A stretch of DNA of 53,434 bases from positions 1-53,434 of the forward strand of contig CAZJCR010000003.1 in the NCBI GenBank assembly GCA_964544385.1. The letters are read 5' to 3'. Below, one piece after another: positions 10,160 through 19,807 of this stretch (position 1 is the stretch's first letter; each line of letters starts with the position of its first letter). The notes beneath the pieces were generated by a model, which was given only the letters and a program-made list of their open reading frames with translations, was not told where the DNA came from and made no database searches. Position numbers and translations under genes: made by a program. The DNA is from an uncultured Bacteroidales bacterium. GTDB lineage: Bacteria; Bacteroidota; Bacteroidia; Bacteroidales; SZUA-534.

Positions 10160-10189
10160 AAAAGCCGCTCTTAACGCGGCTTTTTTTTT
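10160..10189 (+). terminator. Rho-independent terminator after tsf
   Basis: aaaaGCCGCtcttaacGCGGCttttttttt: GC stem, 7-nt loop and a run of 9 T. Confidence 0.8.
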
Positions 10190-10227
10190 GCAAAAAACAT
10201 TTTTGTATATTCACTAAAAAAAACGAT

Positions 10228-10938
10228 ATGCTAAAATATAAACGTATTTTATTAAAACTTAGTGGCGAAGCCCTTATGGGCGACAATAACCATGGAATTG
10301 ATCCAACACGACTTAACGAATATGCTCAACAAATTAGCGAAGCAGTAGCATGTGGAGCACAAATTGGAATTGTAATTGGCGGTGGAAATATTTTTCGCGG
10401 TTTAAGTGGTGCAGCACAAGGGTTCGACCGCATTAACGGCGACTACATGGGAATGTTGGCAACAGTTATTAACAGTTTAGCACTACAATCGGAACTCGAA
10501 AAAATTAACTGCAAAGCAACTGTATTAACAGCTATACGTATGGAACCTGTTGCCGAGTTTTATAGCAAAGCACGTACCCACGAATTACTTAAAAATGGCT
10601 CGGTTGTTATTTTTTCGGCAGGTACTGGTAATCCATATTTTACAACCGATACAGCATCGGCATTACGAGCAATTGAAATGCAGGCACAGGTTATGCTTAA
10701 AGGTACACGCGTTGATGGAATTTATACTGCCGACCCCGAAAAAGACCCTAATGCAACTAAATTTGATACCATAACTTACGACGAGGCATACAATAAAGGC
10801 CTTAAAGTTATGGATTTAACATCGTTTACCATGTGCAAACAAAACAATATGAATACAATAGTATTCGATATGAATACATCGGGTAACCTTAAAAAAGTTA
10901 TTTTTGGCGAAAAAATTGGTACTTTAGTAACTAATTAA
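10228..10938 (+). CDS. pyrH: UMP kinase
   Basis: 236 aa: KRILLKLSGEALMGD...GIVIGGGNIFRG. Confidence 0.95.
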   Translation: MLKYKRILLKLSGEALMGDNNHGIDPTRLNEYAQQISEAVACGAQIGIVIGGGNIFRGLSGAAQGFDRINGDYMGMLATVINSLALQSELEKINCKATVLTAIRMEPVAEFYSKARTHELLKNGSVVIFSAGTGNPYFTTDTASALRAIEMQAQVMLKGTRVDGIYTADPEKDPNATKFDTITYDEAYNKGLKVMDLTSFTMCKQNNMNTIVFDMNTSGNLKKVIFGEKIGTLVTN

Positions 10939-10969
10939 TTATTGTTATTTTAATTAAATATAAAATACT

Positions 10970-11533
10970 ATGACTGACGAAGTAAATATGGTTATCGATT
11001 TAGCTAACGAATCGATGAACAAAGCTATCGGCCACCTTGACAACGCGCTATCGCAAATACGTGCCGGAAAGGCCGACACCCGCATGCTCGATAATATACA
11101 TGTTGACTATTATGGTTCATCAACACCACTGGCACAAGTAGCTAACATTAACACTCCCGATGCACGTACTATAAAAATTCAGCCCTGGGACCGCAAAATG
11201 ATTGATGTTATCGAAAAAGCTATTCTTTATGCTAATATTGGTTTTAACCCATCGAACAATGGTGAATCGATAATTATTAGCGTGCCACCACTTACCGAAG
11301 AAAGACGTAAAGACCTTGTAAAACAGGCCCGGAACGAAGGCGAAATTGCCAAAGTTAGTATTCGTAACGCGCGTAAAGACTCGAACGATACTTTAAAACA
11401 ACTTAAAAAAGATGGCCTGAGCGAGGATATTGAAAAAGACGCCGAAGCTCAAATACAAAAACTAACCGATAATTATTCGGTAAAGGTTGACGAGTTGATT
11501 AAAAAGAAAGAAGTTGATATTTTTACTATATAG
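10970..11533 (+). CDS. frr: Ribosome recycling factor
   Basis: 187 aa: IRAGKADTRMLDNIHVDYYGSSTPLAQVANI...LTEERRKDLVKQ. Confidence 0.95.
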   Translation: MTDEVNMVIDLANESMNKAIGHLDNALSQIRAGKADTRMLDNIHVDYYGSSTPLAQVANINTPDARTIKIQPWDRKMIDVIEKAILYANIGFNPSNNGESIIISVPPLTEERRKDLVKQARNEGEIAKVSIRNARKDSNDTLKQLKKDGLSEDIEKDAEAQIQKLTDNYSVKVDELIKKKEVDIFTI

Positions 11534-11538
11534 TTTTA

Positions 11539-11562
11539 AGCCGCCAACAGGCGGCTTTTTTA
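11539..11562 (+). terminator. Rho-independent terminator after frr
   Basis: aaGCCGCCaacaGGCGGCtttttt. Confidence 0.85.
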
Positions 11563-11712
11563 TTAAAAAATACAACTAATTATTTAGCTATTTTCTCAAT
11601 CATTAGTTATATTAATTACCGTATCTTAATAATTTAAACTTTACCTATTAATTAATTATAACTTAATAAACAATTAAGCCCGGTTAACATTCATTATATT
11701 ATAAGGTATTAT

Positions 11713-11720
11713 TAAGTTTG
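11713..11720 (+). promoter_or_regulatory. Bacteroidota -7 promoter box (TAAGTTTG)
   Basis: Exact TAnnTTTG match 23 nt upstream of the GTG start at 11744. Confidence 0.5.
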
Positions 11721-11743
11721 TCAAAAAAAAAACAACAACTGCT

Positions 11744-13045
11744 GTGAAAAGAGTACTTATTGTAACATATCATTGGCCACCATCGGGCGGTATAGGGGTT
11801 TTGCGATGTTTAAAAATAGCTAAATACCTGCGCAATTTTGGGTGGGAGCCTGTTATTTATGCTCCGCTTAATGCACAATACGAGTATATCGACAATACTA
11901 ATATAAAAGACATTCCCGAAAATATTACCGTTTTGCGGCACAAAATATTCGAGCCTTTTAATTTATTTAAAAAACTGTCGGGGCGTAAAAAAACCGATTC
12001 GGCAAACCCGGTTTATATTAGCGACCGTAAAAAAGGCCTTGTCGATAAATTTGCAATATGGGTAAGAGCTAACTATTTTATTCCCGATGCCCGCGCTTTA
12101 TGGATAAAACCATCGGTAAAATACCTTACAAAATACCTCGAAACTAACCCTGTTGATGCTATTTTTAGCGACGGCCCGCCGCACACAAACACGGTAATTG
12201 CTATGCGCCTGTCGCAAAAATTCGGAATACCGTGGCTGGCCGATTTTCAGGACCCCTGGACCCAGGTTGATTACTATACAATGTTCCCAATATCGAAACG
12301 CGCCGATAAAATACACCACCGGCTCGAACAAGAAGTTTTTGCATCGGCATACAAAATTACCATTGCAAGCCCTACATGGGCTGCCGACTTAGAAAGTATT
12401 GGTGCTTTTGATGTTAGCCCTGTTTTTTACGGTTACGACGATGATGATTATAAAAATATTCAAATTGCTGAAACTAACGAGTTTTCGATAGCGCATGCTG
12501 GAGTTTTAGGCGTGGACCGAAAACCCGGAACTTTGTTAAAAGTTTTGGCCGATATTAAAAATGAAAACCCTGCTTTTGCAGATGCACTGCGCATAAAATT
12601 TGCAGGGCAGGTTGACTATACAATTGAACAACAAATAAGCCAACTTGGATTAAGTAACAATTATATCGCTTACGGAAAAATTACACGGCCAAAGGCTATC
12701 GAAATAGTTTTTAACTCGCAAATATTGCTACTGCCACTAAACAAGGCCAATAATGCAAAGGGACGAATTCCGGGAAAACTTTTTGAGCTATTGCGTGCAA
12801 ATAAAACAATTTTATGTTTAGGTCCCGATAATAGCGATACTGCCAATATTATTACAAACTGTAATGGAGGCGTTACTTTACCCTACGACAATTACGAGGT
12901 GTTGAAACAATTTATTATCGATAAATTTAATTTATTTATTAATAATAAGCTTGTTAGCCAAACAAATAATATTGAACAATACTCGAATTTTAATCAAACC
13001 AAAATAGTAGCCCAATTTTTAGACCAAATAACTAATGAACTGTAA
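11744..13045 (+). CDS. Glycosyltransferase (GT-B fold, GT4-like)
   Basis: 433 aa. N-terminus MKRVLIVTYHWPPSGGIGVLRCLKIAKYL resembles GT4-like glycosyltransferase N-domains. Substrate unknown. GTG start. Confidence 0.55.
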   Translation: MKRVLIVTYHWPPSGGIGVLRCLKIAKYLRNFGWEPVIYAPLNAQYEYIDNTNIKDIPENITVLRHKIFEPFNLFKKLSGRKKTDSANPVYISDRKKGLVDKFAIWVRANYFIPDARALWIKPSVKYLTKYLETNPVDAIFSDGPPHTNTVIAMRLSQKFGIPWLADFQDPWTQVDYYTMFPISKRADKIHHRLEQEVFASAYKITIASPTWAADLESIGAFDVSPVFYGYDDDDYKNIQIAETNEFSIAHAGVLGVDRKPGTLLKVLADIKNENPAFADALRIKFAGQVDYTIEQQISQLGLSNNYIAYGKITRPKAIEIVFNSQILLLPLNKANNAKGRIPGKLFELLRANKTILCLGPDNSDTANIITNCNGGVTLPYDNYEVLKQFIIDKFNLFINNKLVSQTNNIEQYSNFNQTKIVAQFLDQITNEL

Positions 13046-13088
13046 ACAGTAATTTTAGTTATAAACGAAAAAAAACAAAAAAATAAAA

Positions 13089-13096
13089 TATTTTTG
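13089..13096 (+). promoter_or_regulatory. Bacteroidota -7 promoter box (TATTTTTG)
   Basis: Exact match 35 nt upstream of the TTG start at 13132. Confidence 0.4.
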
Positions 13097-13131
13097 CCCT
13101 TTATTAGTTTATCATTACAAAACACGAACTT

Positions 13132-15819
13132 TTGTACCATAAAAATAAAACATACGCCTTAGCATTTGGGTTAATTTTAGTTTTTAGCATCATTAACGGC
13201 TGCTCAACTAAAAAAAACACACCGTTAACCCGCACATACCACGGTGTAACAGCCTATTACAATGTATATTATAACGGCAAAGACGCCTATAGCCAAGGTT
13301 TAAAAAAAATTGAAACCGGCCATAAAGACAATTACTCGATGGTTTTGCCAATTTTTTTTCACAGTAACAAAGATGCCGCACGAGCTGCATTTGGCGACAT
13401 GAACAGAGCTGTCGAAAAAGGTTCAAAATGTATTCGTAAACACTCAATTACTGTTAAACCAAAACAAAAAGAGGGCAAAAGGTCAAAAAAAGATAAATCG
13501 TTTTTAGAAAAAACCGAGTATATTAAATGGATTGACGATGCTTATATGCTTATTGCAAAAGCCCATTTTCATAAACACGACTATTTTCCGGCTATTGAAA
13601 CTTTTAGTTATATAATACGCGAGTACAACGACCAAAACCTTAAAACCGAATCGTACATTTGGTTGGCACGAACCTATACCGAAATGGGCAAGCTCGAAAA
13701 AGCTTTAGAGTTTATTGCAATGGTAGAAAACGAAAAAGTTGCAGTGCCCGAACATTTATTAACCGATTTTTACTCAACTAAAGCCGATATACTTTTTAAA
13801 TCGGGTAAAATTAACGAAACAATTACTGAACTCGACAAATGTGTTGAAGTAACAAAAAACAAAAAAATTAAAACCCGGTACTTATTTATTTTGGCTCAAC
13901 TTTATAGTCAACTCGACGAAAACAAAAAAGCATTTAACACATACACGCTTGTTCTTGAGCAAAACCCGTCGTACGAGATGGCTTTTAATGCCGAAATTAA
14001 CCGTGCAATGCTCTTTAATTCCGAAACTACTGATAGTCGCGATTTGCAAAAAAAACTTTTTAAAATGCTCAAAGATGATAAAAACATCGATTTTCGCGAC
14101 CAAATATATTATGCCCTTGGTAGTATTGCCCAAAACGAGAACCGCTTGCCCGAGGCTGTTAATTACTATAAAGAGTCGGCAAAGGCAAGCACAATTAACA
14201 ATAACCAAAAAGCTGTTTCGTTTTTGGCTGTTGCCGATATTTATTTTGACGAGCCTCAATACGTTTTTGCACAAGCTTATTACGATAGTGCAGTGTCGAT
14301 TTTAAGCAACGATTACCCCAATTTCAATATTATTAAACTGAAAAGCGAAAACCTTAACAGTTTAATTGAAAATATACAGTTAATAACAACTCAAGACAGT
14401 TTGCAAAAAATTGCTAAAATGCCCGAGGATAAACGAAACAACTTTATTGACAACCTTATAAAAAAAATAATTGAACAAGAACAAATAGAAAAAGAACTGG
14501 CCGCCCAACAAAAACAAGATTTACTATTTATTGAACAACAAAACCGCCAATTAAGCAATCAACAACAGGGTAAATGGTATTTATACAACCCGGCAATGCT
14601 CGCCTCGGGGCAGGCCGAGTTTAAAAAGAAATGGGGAAACCGTAAACTCGAAGACAACTGGCGACGAAAAAACAAAGCGGTTGTCGATTTTTCAAACCAA
14701 CAAACCAACGAGCAAACAACCACCGACTCAACTAAAATTGAATTAAGCAACAAAACACGCGAGTATTATTTGGTTAACCTGCCTCTTACCGATTCGGCAA
14801 TAATTGAATCGGACAAAATTATTGAAGAAGCTTATTTTAATATTGGCGAAATTTATAACGAAAAATTCAACGATTATGAGCAAAGTATAGCAAACTATAA
14901 CCAACTGCTCGAAAAATTTCCTCAAACCGAATTAAAATTATCGACATACTATAATCTTTATAAACTATATGTTTTAACAAAAGATTATAAATTAGCCGAA
15001 CACTATAAAAAATTAATTATTGATAATTACAGCAACAGCGATTATGCAAAAATACTAAGTAACCCCGAGTATTTTAAACAATTACAAGCTATCGAAAACC
15101 AGGTAAATTTTATTTATCAGGCAACTTATAAATACTTTTTAAACGATAATTGCACCGAGGTTGATTATAATTTCCATTATGTCGATACAACTTTTTCAGA
15201 AAGCCCTTTAGTTTCGAAATTTGCACTGCTAAGCACGCTATGCTCAGGCAAATTGGGCGATACTATTGAGTTTAAAAAACAGCTTGGTAATTTTATTAAA
15301 ATGTACCCCGGTACCGATGAAACAATATATGCGCAAAATGTGCTCGAAGCCCTGGACCGTAAACCGCGCGAGGTTAAAACTCCCGAAACTCCTGTTGAAC
15401 AAATATTTGGCACCGAACTTGCCGACAACATTAACATCGACTCTTTAAATACCGATATTTATTCGTACAACGCAAACCAGCTACATTATTACATTATAAT
15501 AGTTAATACCGAAAAAGCCGACGACAACCGTTTAAGGTTCAATGTCTCGAATTTTAATATCGATTACTACAGCTTTCTCGAGTTCGACGTAAGTAGTGTA
15601 CTTTTATCGGCAAACTACTCAATGATAGTTGTTAAAAGCTTTAAAAACAAAAACATGGCCACCAACTACATGGAATCGGTTGTAATTGCCGGCGAAGTGT
15701 TTGAAAACTATACTAAAGACAGTTACAAAGCATTTATTATATCGGCAAATAATTTTGCAAAGTTGTACGACGACAAAAACCTGTTGCGCTACGAAAAGTT
15801 TTTTAAAGCTAACTATTAG
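13132..15819 (+). CDS. porW: TPR-repeat lipoprotein, PorW/SprE-like T9SS component
   Basis: 895 aa with lipobox FSIINGCSTKKNTPLTRTYHGVTAYYNVYYNG. As far as I recall, this size and N-terminal motif match SprE/PorW. Multiple TPR-like repeats. Adjacent to porX. TTG start, no in-frame ATG before the signal peptide. Confidence 0.6.
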   Translation: MYHKNKTYALAFGLILVFSIINGCSTKKNTPLTRTYHGVTAYYNVYYNGKDAYSQGLKKIETGHKDNYSMVLPIFFHSNKDAARAAFGDMNRAVEKGSKCIRKHSITVKPKQKEGKRSKKDKSFLEKTEYIKWIDDAYMLIAKAHFHKHDYFPAIETFSYIIREYNDQNLKTESYIWLARTYTEMGKLEKALEFIAMVENEKVAVPEHLLTDFYSTKADILFKSGKINETITELDKCVEVTKNKKIKTRYLFILAQLYSQLDENKKAFNTYTLVLEQNPSYEMAFNAEINRAMLFNSETTDSRDLQKKLFKMLKDDKNIDFRDQIYYALGSIAQNENRLPEAVNYYKESAKASTINNNQKAVSFLAVADIYFDEPQYVFAQAYYDSAVSILSNDYPNFNIIKLKSENLNSLIENIQLITTQDSLQKIAKMPEDKRNNFIDNLIKKIIEQEQIEKELAAQQKQDLLFIEQQNRQLSNQQQGKWYLYNPAMLASGQAEFKKKWGNRKLEDNWRRKNKAVVDFSNQQTNEQTTTDSTKIELSNKTREYYLVNLPLTDSAIIESDKIIEEAYFNIGEIYNEKFNDYEQSIANYNQLLEKFPQTELKLSTYYNLYKLYVLTKDYKLAEHYKKLIIDNYSNSDYAKILSNPEYFKQLQAIENQVNFIYQATYKYFLNDNCTEVDYNFHYVDTTFSESPLVSKFALLSTLCSGKLGDTIEFKKQLGNFIKMYPGTDETIYAQNVLEALDRKPREVKTPETPVEQIFGTELADNINIDSLNTDIYSYNANQLHYYIIIVNTEKADDNRLRFNVSNFNIDYYSFLEFDVSSVLLSANYSMIVVKSFKNKNMATNYMESVVIAGEVFENYTKDSYKAFIISANNFAKLYDDKNLLRYEKFFKANY

Positions 15820-15881
15820 CCAAAAACTAATAATACTTTTAAAAATAAACCGTTTATTTAGTAAACTTTAAATGTATAATA

Positions 15882-17435
15882 ATGCGCGAAATATCAATAC
15901 TTTGGGCCGACGACGAAATTGACCTGCTAAAACCACATATTATTTTTCTCGAATCGAAAGGTTACAGTTTTGACACCGCAAACAACGGCCACGATGCCAT
16001 TGAACTTGTTAAAACAAAACAATATAGCCTTATTTTTTTAGACGAAAATATGCCGGGGTTAACCGGGCTCGAAACTCTAAACCAAATAAAAACCATTAGC
16101 CCTAATGTTCCGGTTATTATGATAACCAAAAGCGAAGAAGAGGCTATTATGGACCAGGCAATAGGTTCAAAAATTACCGACTATTTAATAAAACCGGTTA
16201 ACCCGTTGCAAATATTAATGGCAATAAAAAAAATTACCGACAAGCAACGCCTTATAAACCAAAAAACAACAGCCGATTACCAGTTAGAGTTCAGAAACCT
16301 TGCAATGCAAATTAACGACTCAATGACCCACGACGATTGGGTAAATGTTTATTCGAAACTGATATACTGGGAACTCGAAATTGAAAAAACAGGCGATGCG
16401 GGTTTAGAAGGTATTTTAAAAATGCAAAAAGAAGATGCGAACAATAATTTTGCACGCTTTATTAAAAATAATTACGAAAATTGGTTTACTGCTTCGTGCC
16501 AAAATAAACCAATTATGTCGCATACACTGCTTAACGCAAAGGTTTTTCCACAAATTAGTTCACAAATACCTACAGTTCTTTTTGTTATCGATAATTTGCG
16601 TTTCGACCAATGGAAAGCAATTGAACCACTTTTTACCGAGTTTTATGATGTAAAAACCGAGGAGATGTTTTTTAGTATTGTGCCCACAGCTACACAATAC
16701 GCCCGTAATGCAATGTTTGCAGGCTTAATGCCATCGGAGATAGAAAAACTGCACCCCGAATTATGGATAAACGAGGACGACGATGGCGGCAAAAACCAGT
16801 TTGAAGCCGAATTGCTTAAAAAGCAAATGGCCAGGCTTGGCATTAAAGCATCAATGTTTTACGACAAAATACAAAACATTGAAAAAGGCCGTAAATTACT
16901 GGCTAATGTTTCGAACATATTAAACAACCAGTTATCGGTTATAGTAATAAATTTTGTCGATATGCTGTCGCATGCCCGTACCGAGATGGAGATGATACGC
17001 GAACTTGCCAACGACGAAAGGGCTTACCGCAGTTTAACCGTGTCGTGGTTCGAGCATAGCACTTTATATGAACTAATAAAAATACTGTCGGCAAAAAAGG
17101 TAAACATTATGCTGTCGACCGATCATGGTACAATTCGTGTAAACTCACCCATAAAAGTTGTAGGCGACAAAAATCTAAGTACCAATTTAAGGTATAAGCA
17201 CGGTAAATCAATGAATTACAACCCAAAAGAAGTTTACGAGATAAAAAACCCAGCATCGGTATTTTTACCAAAACTAAATGTTAGCAGTAGTTATATTTTT
17301 GCTTACGCCGATAACTTTTTTGCTTATCCAAATAATTATAATCATTATGTAAGCTATTACCGTAACACTTTTCAACATGGCGGAGTATCGCTCGAGGAGA
17401 TGCTGATACCTTTTATAACCCTTGTGCCAAAATAA
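15882..17435 (+). CDS. porX: T9SS response regulator PorX (CheY receiver + PglZ/alkaline-phosphatase-like domain)
   Basis: 517 aa. ILWADDEIDLLKPHIIFLESKGY...FLDENMPGLTGLETL...MITKSEEEAIMDQAIGSKITDYLIKPV followed by a ~380-aa PglZ-type domain. Size and N-terminal sequence match PorX as I recall it. Confidence 0.8.
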   Translation: MREISILWADDEIDLLKPHIIFLESKGYSFDTANNGHDAIELVKTKQYSLIFLDENMPGLTGLETLNQIKTISPNVPVIMITKSEEEAIMDQAIGSKITDYLIKPVNPLQILMAIKKITDKQRLINQKTTADYQLEFRNLAMQINDSMTHDDWVNVYSKLIYWELEIEKTGDAGLEGILKMQKEDANNNFARFIKNNYENWFTASCQNKPIMSHTLLNAKVFPQISSQIPTVLFVIDNLRFDQWKAIEPLFTEFYDVKTEEMFFSIVPTATQYARNAMFAGLMPSEIEKLHPELWINEDDDGGKNQFEAELLKKQMARLGIKASMFYDKIQNIEKGRKLLANVSNILNNQLSVIVINFVDMLSHARTEMEMIRELANDERAYRSLTVSWFEHSTLYELIKILSAKKVNIMLSTDHGTIRVNSPIKVVGDKNLSTNLRYKHGKSMNYNPKEVYEIKNPASVFLPKLNVSSSYIFAYADNFFAYPNNYNHYVSYYRNTFQHGGVSLEEMLIPFITLVPK

Positions 17436-17439
17436 AAAG

Positions 17440-17880
17440 CTAATTGTCGGCAGCAAACCACTCGGCAAAACTTGTGGCTGTTTCGTACAATTTTAACGAG
17501 TATAGCTCAAGGTTTGATGGCAGTAACGCTTTTAACCTGCCGGCAAAATCAATAATTAAATTCTCGCAGGTAGGTTGATAAGGTAAAAATATTGTATTAC
17601 CGTTCATTTGCGGGCAATAATTTTGGGGTTCTACTTTTTGGTTTAAAACAAACGAATGGTCAAAAATATCGATAATGTTTTTTTTAACAATGTTTTTAAG
17701 CTCACTAAAGTCGATTACCATACCATCTTTTGGGCTGTTTGGGTTGTTGCACGGGGAGCCTTTTATTGTTACCATAAGTTTATACGAATGACCATGTATG
17801 TTTTTACATGCCCCGTCGTGGTTATATAATGCATGGGCCATTTCAAAACTAAAAATTTTTGTAACCCTTATTTGTGCCAT
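17440..17880 (-). CDS. queD: 6-carboxytetrahydropterin synthase (PTPS family)
   Basis: 146 aa: FSFEMAHALYNHDGACKNIHGHSYKLMVTIKG. Confidence 0.85.
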   Translation of the reverse strand: MAQIRVTKIFSFEMAHALYNHDGACKNIHGHSYKLMVTIKGSPCNNPNSPKDGMVIDFSELKNIVKKNIIDIFDHSFVLNQKVEPQNYCPQMNGNTIFLPYQPTCENLIIDFAGRLKALLPSNLELYSLKLYETATSFAEWFAADN

Positions 17881-17898
17881 GTTTTAAGTATTTTACCA

Positions 17899-17906
17899 CA
17901 AAAGTA
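17899..17906 (-). promoter_or_regulatory. Bacteroidota -7 promoter box (TACTTTTG on minus strand)
   Basis: CAAAAGTA on the plus strand, 18 nt upstream of the queD ATG. Confidence 0.5.
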
Positions 17907-18063
17907 CCAAATAAATAAGTAAACATTTTGGTTTTTGTTGGTTTATTGACAATTAAAAATGGTTATTTATTTATATATTTAATAGTTACAGGTTTTATAC
18001 TCGTTATTAATATTGTTCAACCTGGTTAATTATAAACCTAAAAAATTAAGTAAACACAAAAAT

Positions 18064-19509
18064 ATGCTATTCAATAAATATATTAAAATATTAAAAACCA
18101 TTATTGTAAAATGTAAACCCTTAATTTGGTTTGTTTTAATGCTATTTGTAATAACATCGTGTAAAAATAGCAAGCAAAAAAGCAATGCAAACAATATAGG
18201 ACAAATAGTGTCGCAAGGTAAATTGCGGGCAATAACCGATTATAATTCGACAAGTTATTTTGTTTACAGGGGTACGCCAATGGGTTTTCAGTACGATTTA
18301 TTGAAAAAATTTGCAACGCACTTAAACCTCGAACTCGAGCTTACTGTTGTAAACGACATAGAGTCGGCTTTTGACAAGCTTACCAATAACAAATGCGACA
18401 TACTTGCAATTAATCTTAATGTAACAAACCAGCGCAAAAACTTTGTTGCCTTTACCGAACCGCTTTTACAAACAAGGCAAATGCTTGTTCAAAAAATGCC
18501 CGACAACTGGCAACGTATGTCGTCTTTTAATATCGACAAACAATTAATACGTAATCATCTCGATTTGGCCGAAAAAAATATTCACGTGGTAAAAAATTCG
18601 GCCTATGCTCACCGGTTAAAATATTTGATGGACGAAATTGGTGATACTATAAATATTATCGAGGTTGAAAACTACGACGCCGAACAGTTACTTACTCTTG
18701 TTGCACAAGGTGAGATTGATTATACTGTTGTCGACGAAAATATTGCAATACTTAACCAGTCGTTTTACCCAAATATTGATGCACTAACACCAATATCGTT
18801 TAACCAAAACCAATCGTGGGCGGTTAACCTTGATTCGGAACAATTACTGGCCGAATTAAATAACTGGATTAGCCAGGTTAAAAACACCAATTGGTATAAA
18901 GTTACATACAATAAGTATTTTAAAGATATGCGTTTTGCTGTGCGTGGTACAAGTAATTACAGTAGTATTGCAGGCGGTAAAATATCGGAGTACGATATTT
19001 TGATAAAAAAATACAGTGCAACAATTAATTGGGATTGGCGTTTACTGGCATCGTTAATTTATCAGGAATCGAGGTTTAAACACGATGCTAAATCGTGGGC
19101 CGGGGCATTTGGTCTTATGCAGTTAATGCCCGAAACAGCAGCACGTTTTGGAGTCGACGAAAACTCGGATCCCGAACTTAATATTATTGGTGGCACAAAA
19201 CTTATTGCCTGGCTCGACAAACAATTCGAAAACGTTATTGCTGATAAAAACGAACGGGTTAAATTTATTCTTGCATCGTATAATATTGGCATTGGACATG
19301 TGCTCGACGCACAAAGGCTTGCTGCTGCAAATAACAAGGACCCAAACATTTGGGATAATAATGTCGACTTTTTTTTGCTCAACAAATCGAACCCCGAATA
19401 TTACAACCCCGAATTAGTTAAACATGGTTACTGTCGTGGTATCGAAACGTACAATTATGTTAAAGATATAATTGAGCGTTATAATATTTACAAGGGTTTA
19501 ATTAAGTAA
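18064..19509 (+). CDS. MltF-like lytic murein transglycosylase (solute-binding-like domain + SLT domain)
   Basis: The track ORF starts at TTG 18013. I prefer ATG 18064 (MLFNKYIK...LMLFVITSCKN lipobox). PBP2-like N-domain, and a C-terminal SLT motif LIYQESRFKHDAKSWAGAFGLMQLMP. Confidence 0.8.
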   Translation: MLFNKYIKILKTIIVKCKPLIWFVLMLFVITSCKNSKQKSNANNIGQIVSQGKLRAITDYNSTSYFVYRGTPMGFQYDLLKKFATHLNLELELTVVNDIESAFDKLTNNKCDILAINLNVTNQRKNFVAFTEPLLQTRQMLVQKMPDNWQRMSSFNIDKQLIRNHLDLAEKNIHVVKNSAYAHRLKYLMDEIGDTINIIEVENYDAEQLLTLVAQGEIDYTVVDENIAILNQSFYPNIDALTPISFNQNQSWAVNLDSEQLLAELNNWISQVKNTNWYKVTYNKYFKDMRFAVRGTSNYSSIAGGKISEYDILIKKYSATINWDWRLLASLIYQESRFKHDAKSWAGAFGLMQLMPETAARFGVDENSDPELNIIGGTKLIAWLDKQFENVIADKNERVKFILASYNIGIGHVLDAQRLAAANNKDPNIWDNNVDFFLLNKSNPEYYNPELVKHGYCRGIETYNYVKDIIERYNIYKGLIK

Positions 19510-19634
19510 TATTTTTATTTTATTTTGCTTTGCTGAGCAACTGGTTTTATAATATTATTGTTTTACGTTTGGTTGGTTTTTGGCGTTGACGGTATTGCTT
19601 GCTAAGGGTTACTAAAAAAAAACGTTTTAACTAA

Positions 19635-19776
19635 AACCCAAATTGAGCTAATGGCTCAATCGATTTCGATTTTGTAAGTATTTCACTACACTTCGTTGGT
19701 GAAACACAACAAAATCTACATCGGGGTTAACCTTAGTAAAGCGTTTGTTCGCATAGCTCCAACCGCACAACTCAGG
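19635..19776 (+). repeat. Three-hairpin intergenic repeat, copy A (full length)
   Basis: aacccaaattgagctaatggctcaatcgatttcgattttgtaagtatttcactacacttcgttggtgaaacacaacaaaatctacatcggggttaaccttagtaaagcg...caactcagg. Followed by aaattgggt at 19778-19786, complementary to the left end. Lies 31 nt beyond the histidine kinase stop. Confidence 0.85.
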
Positions 19777-19807
19777 TAAAATTGGGTAAGTAAGCAATAT
19801 AAAAATG

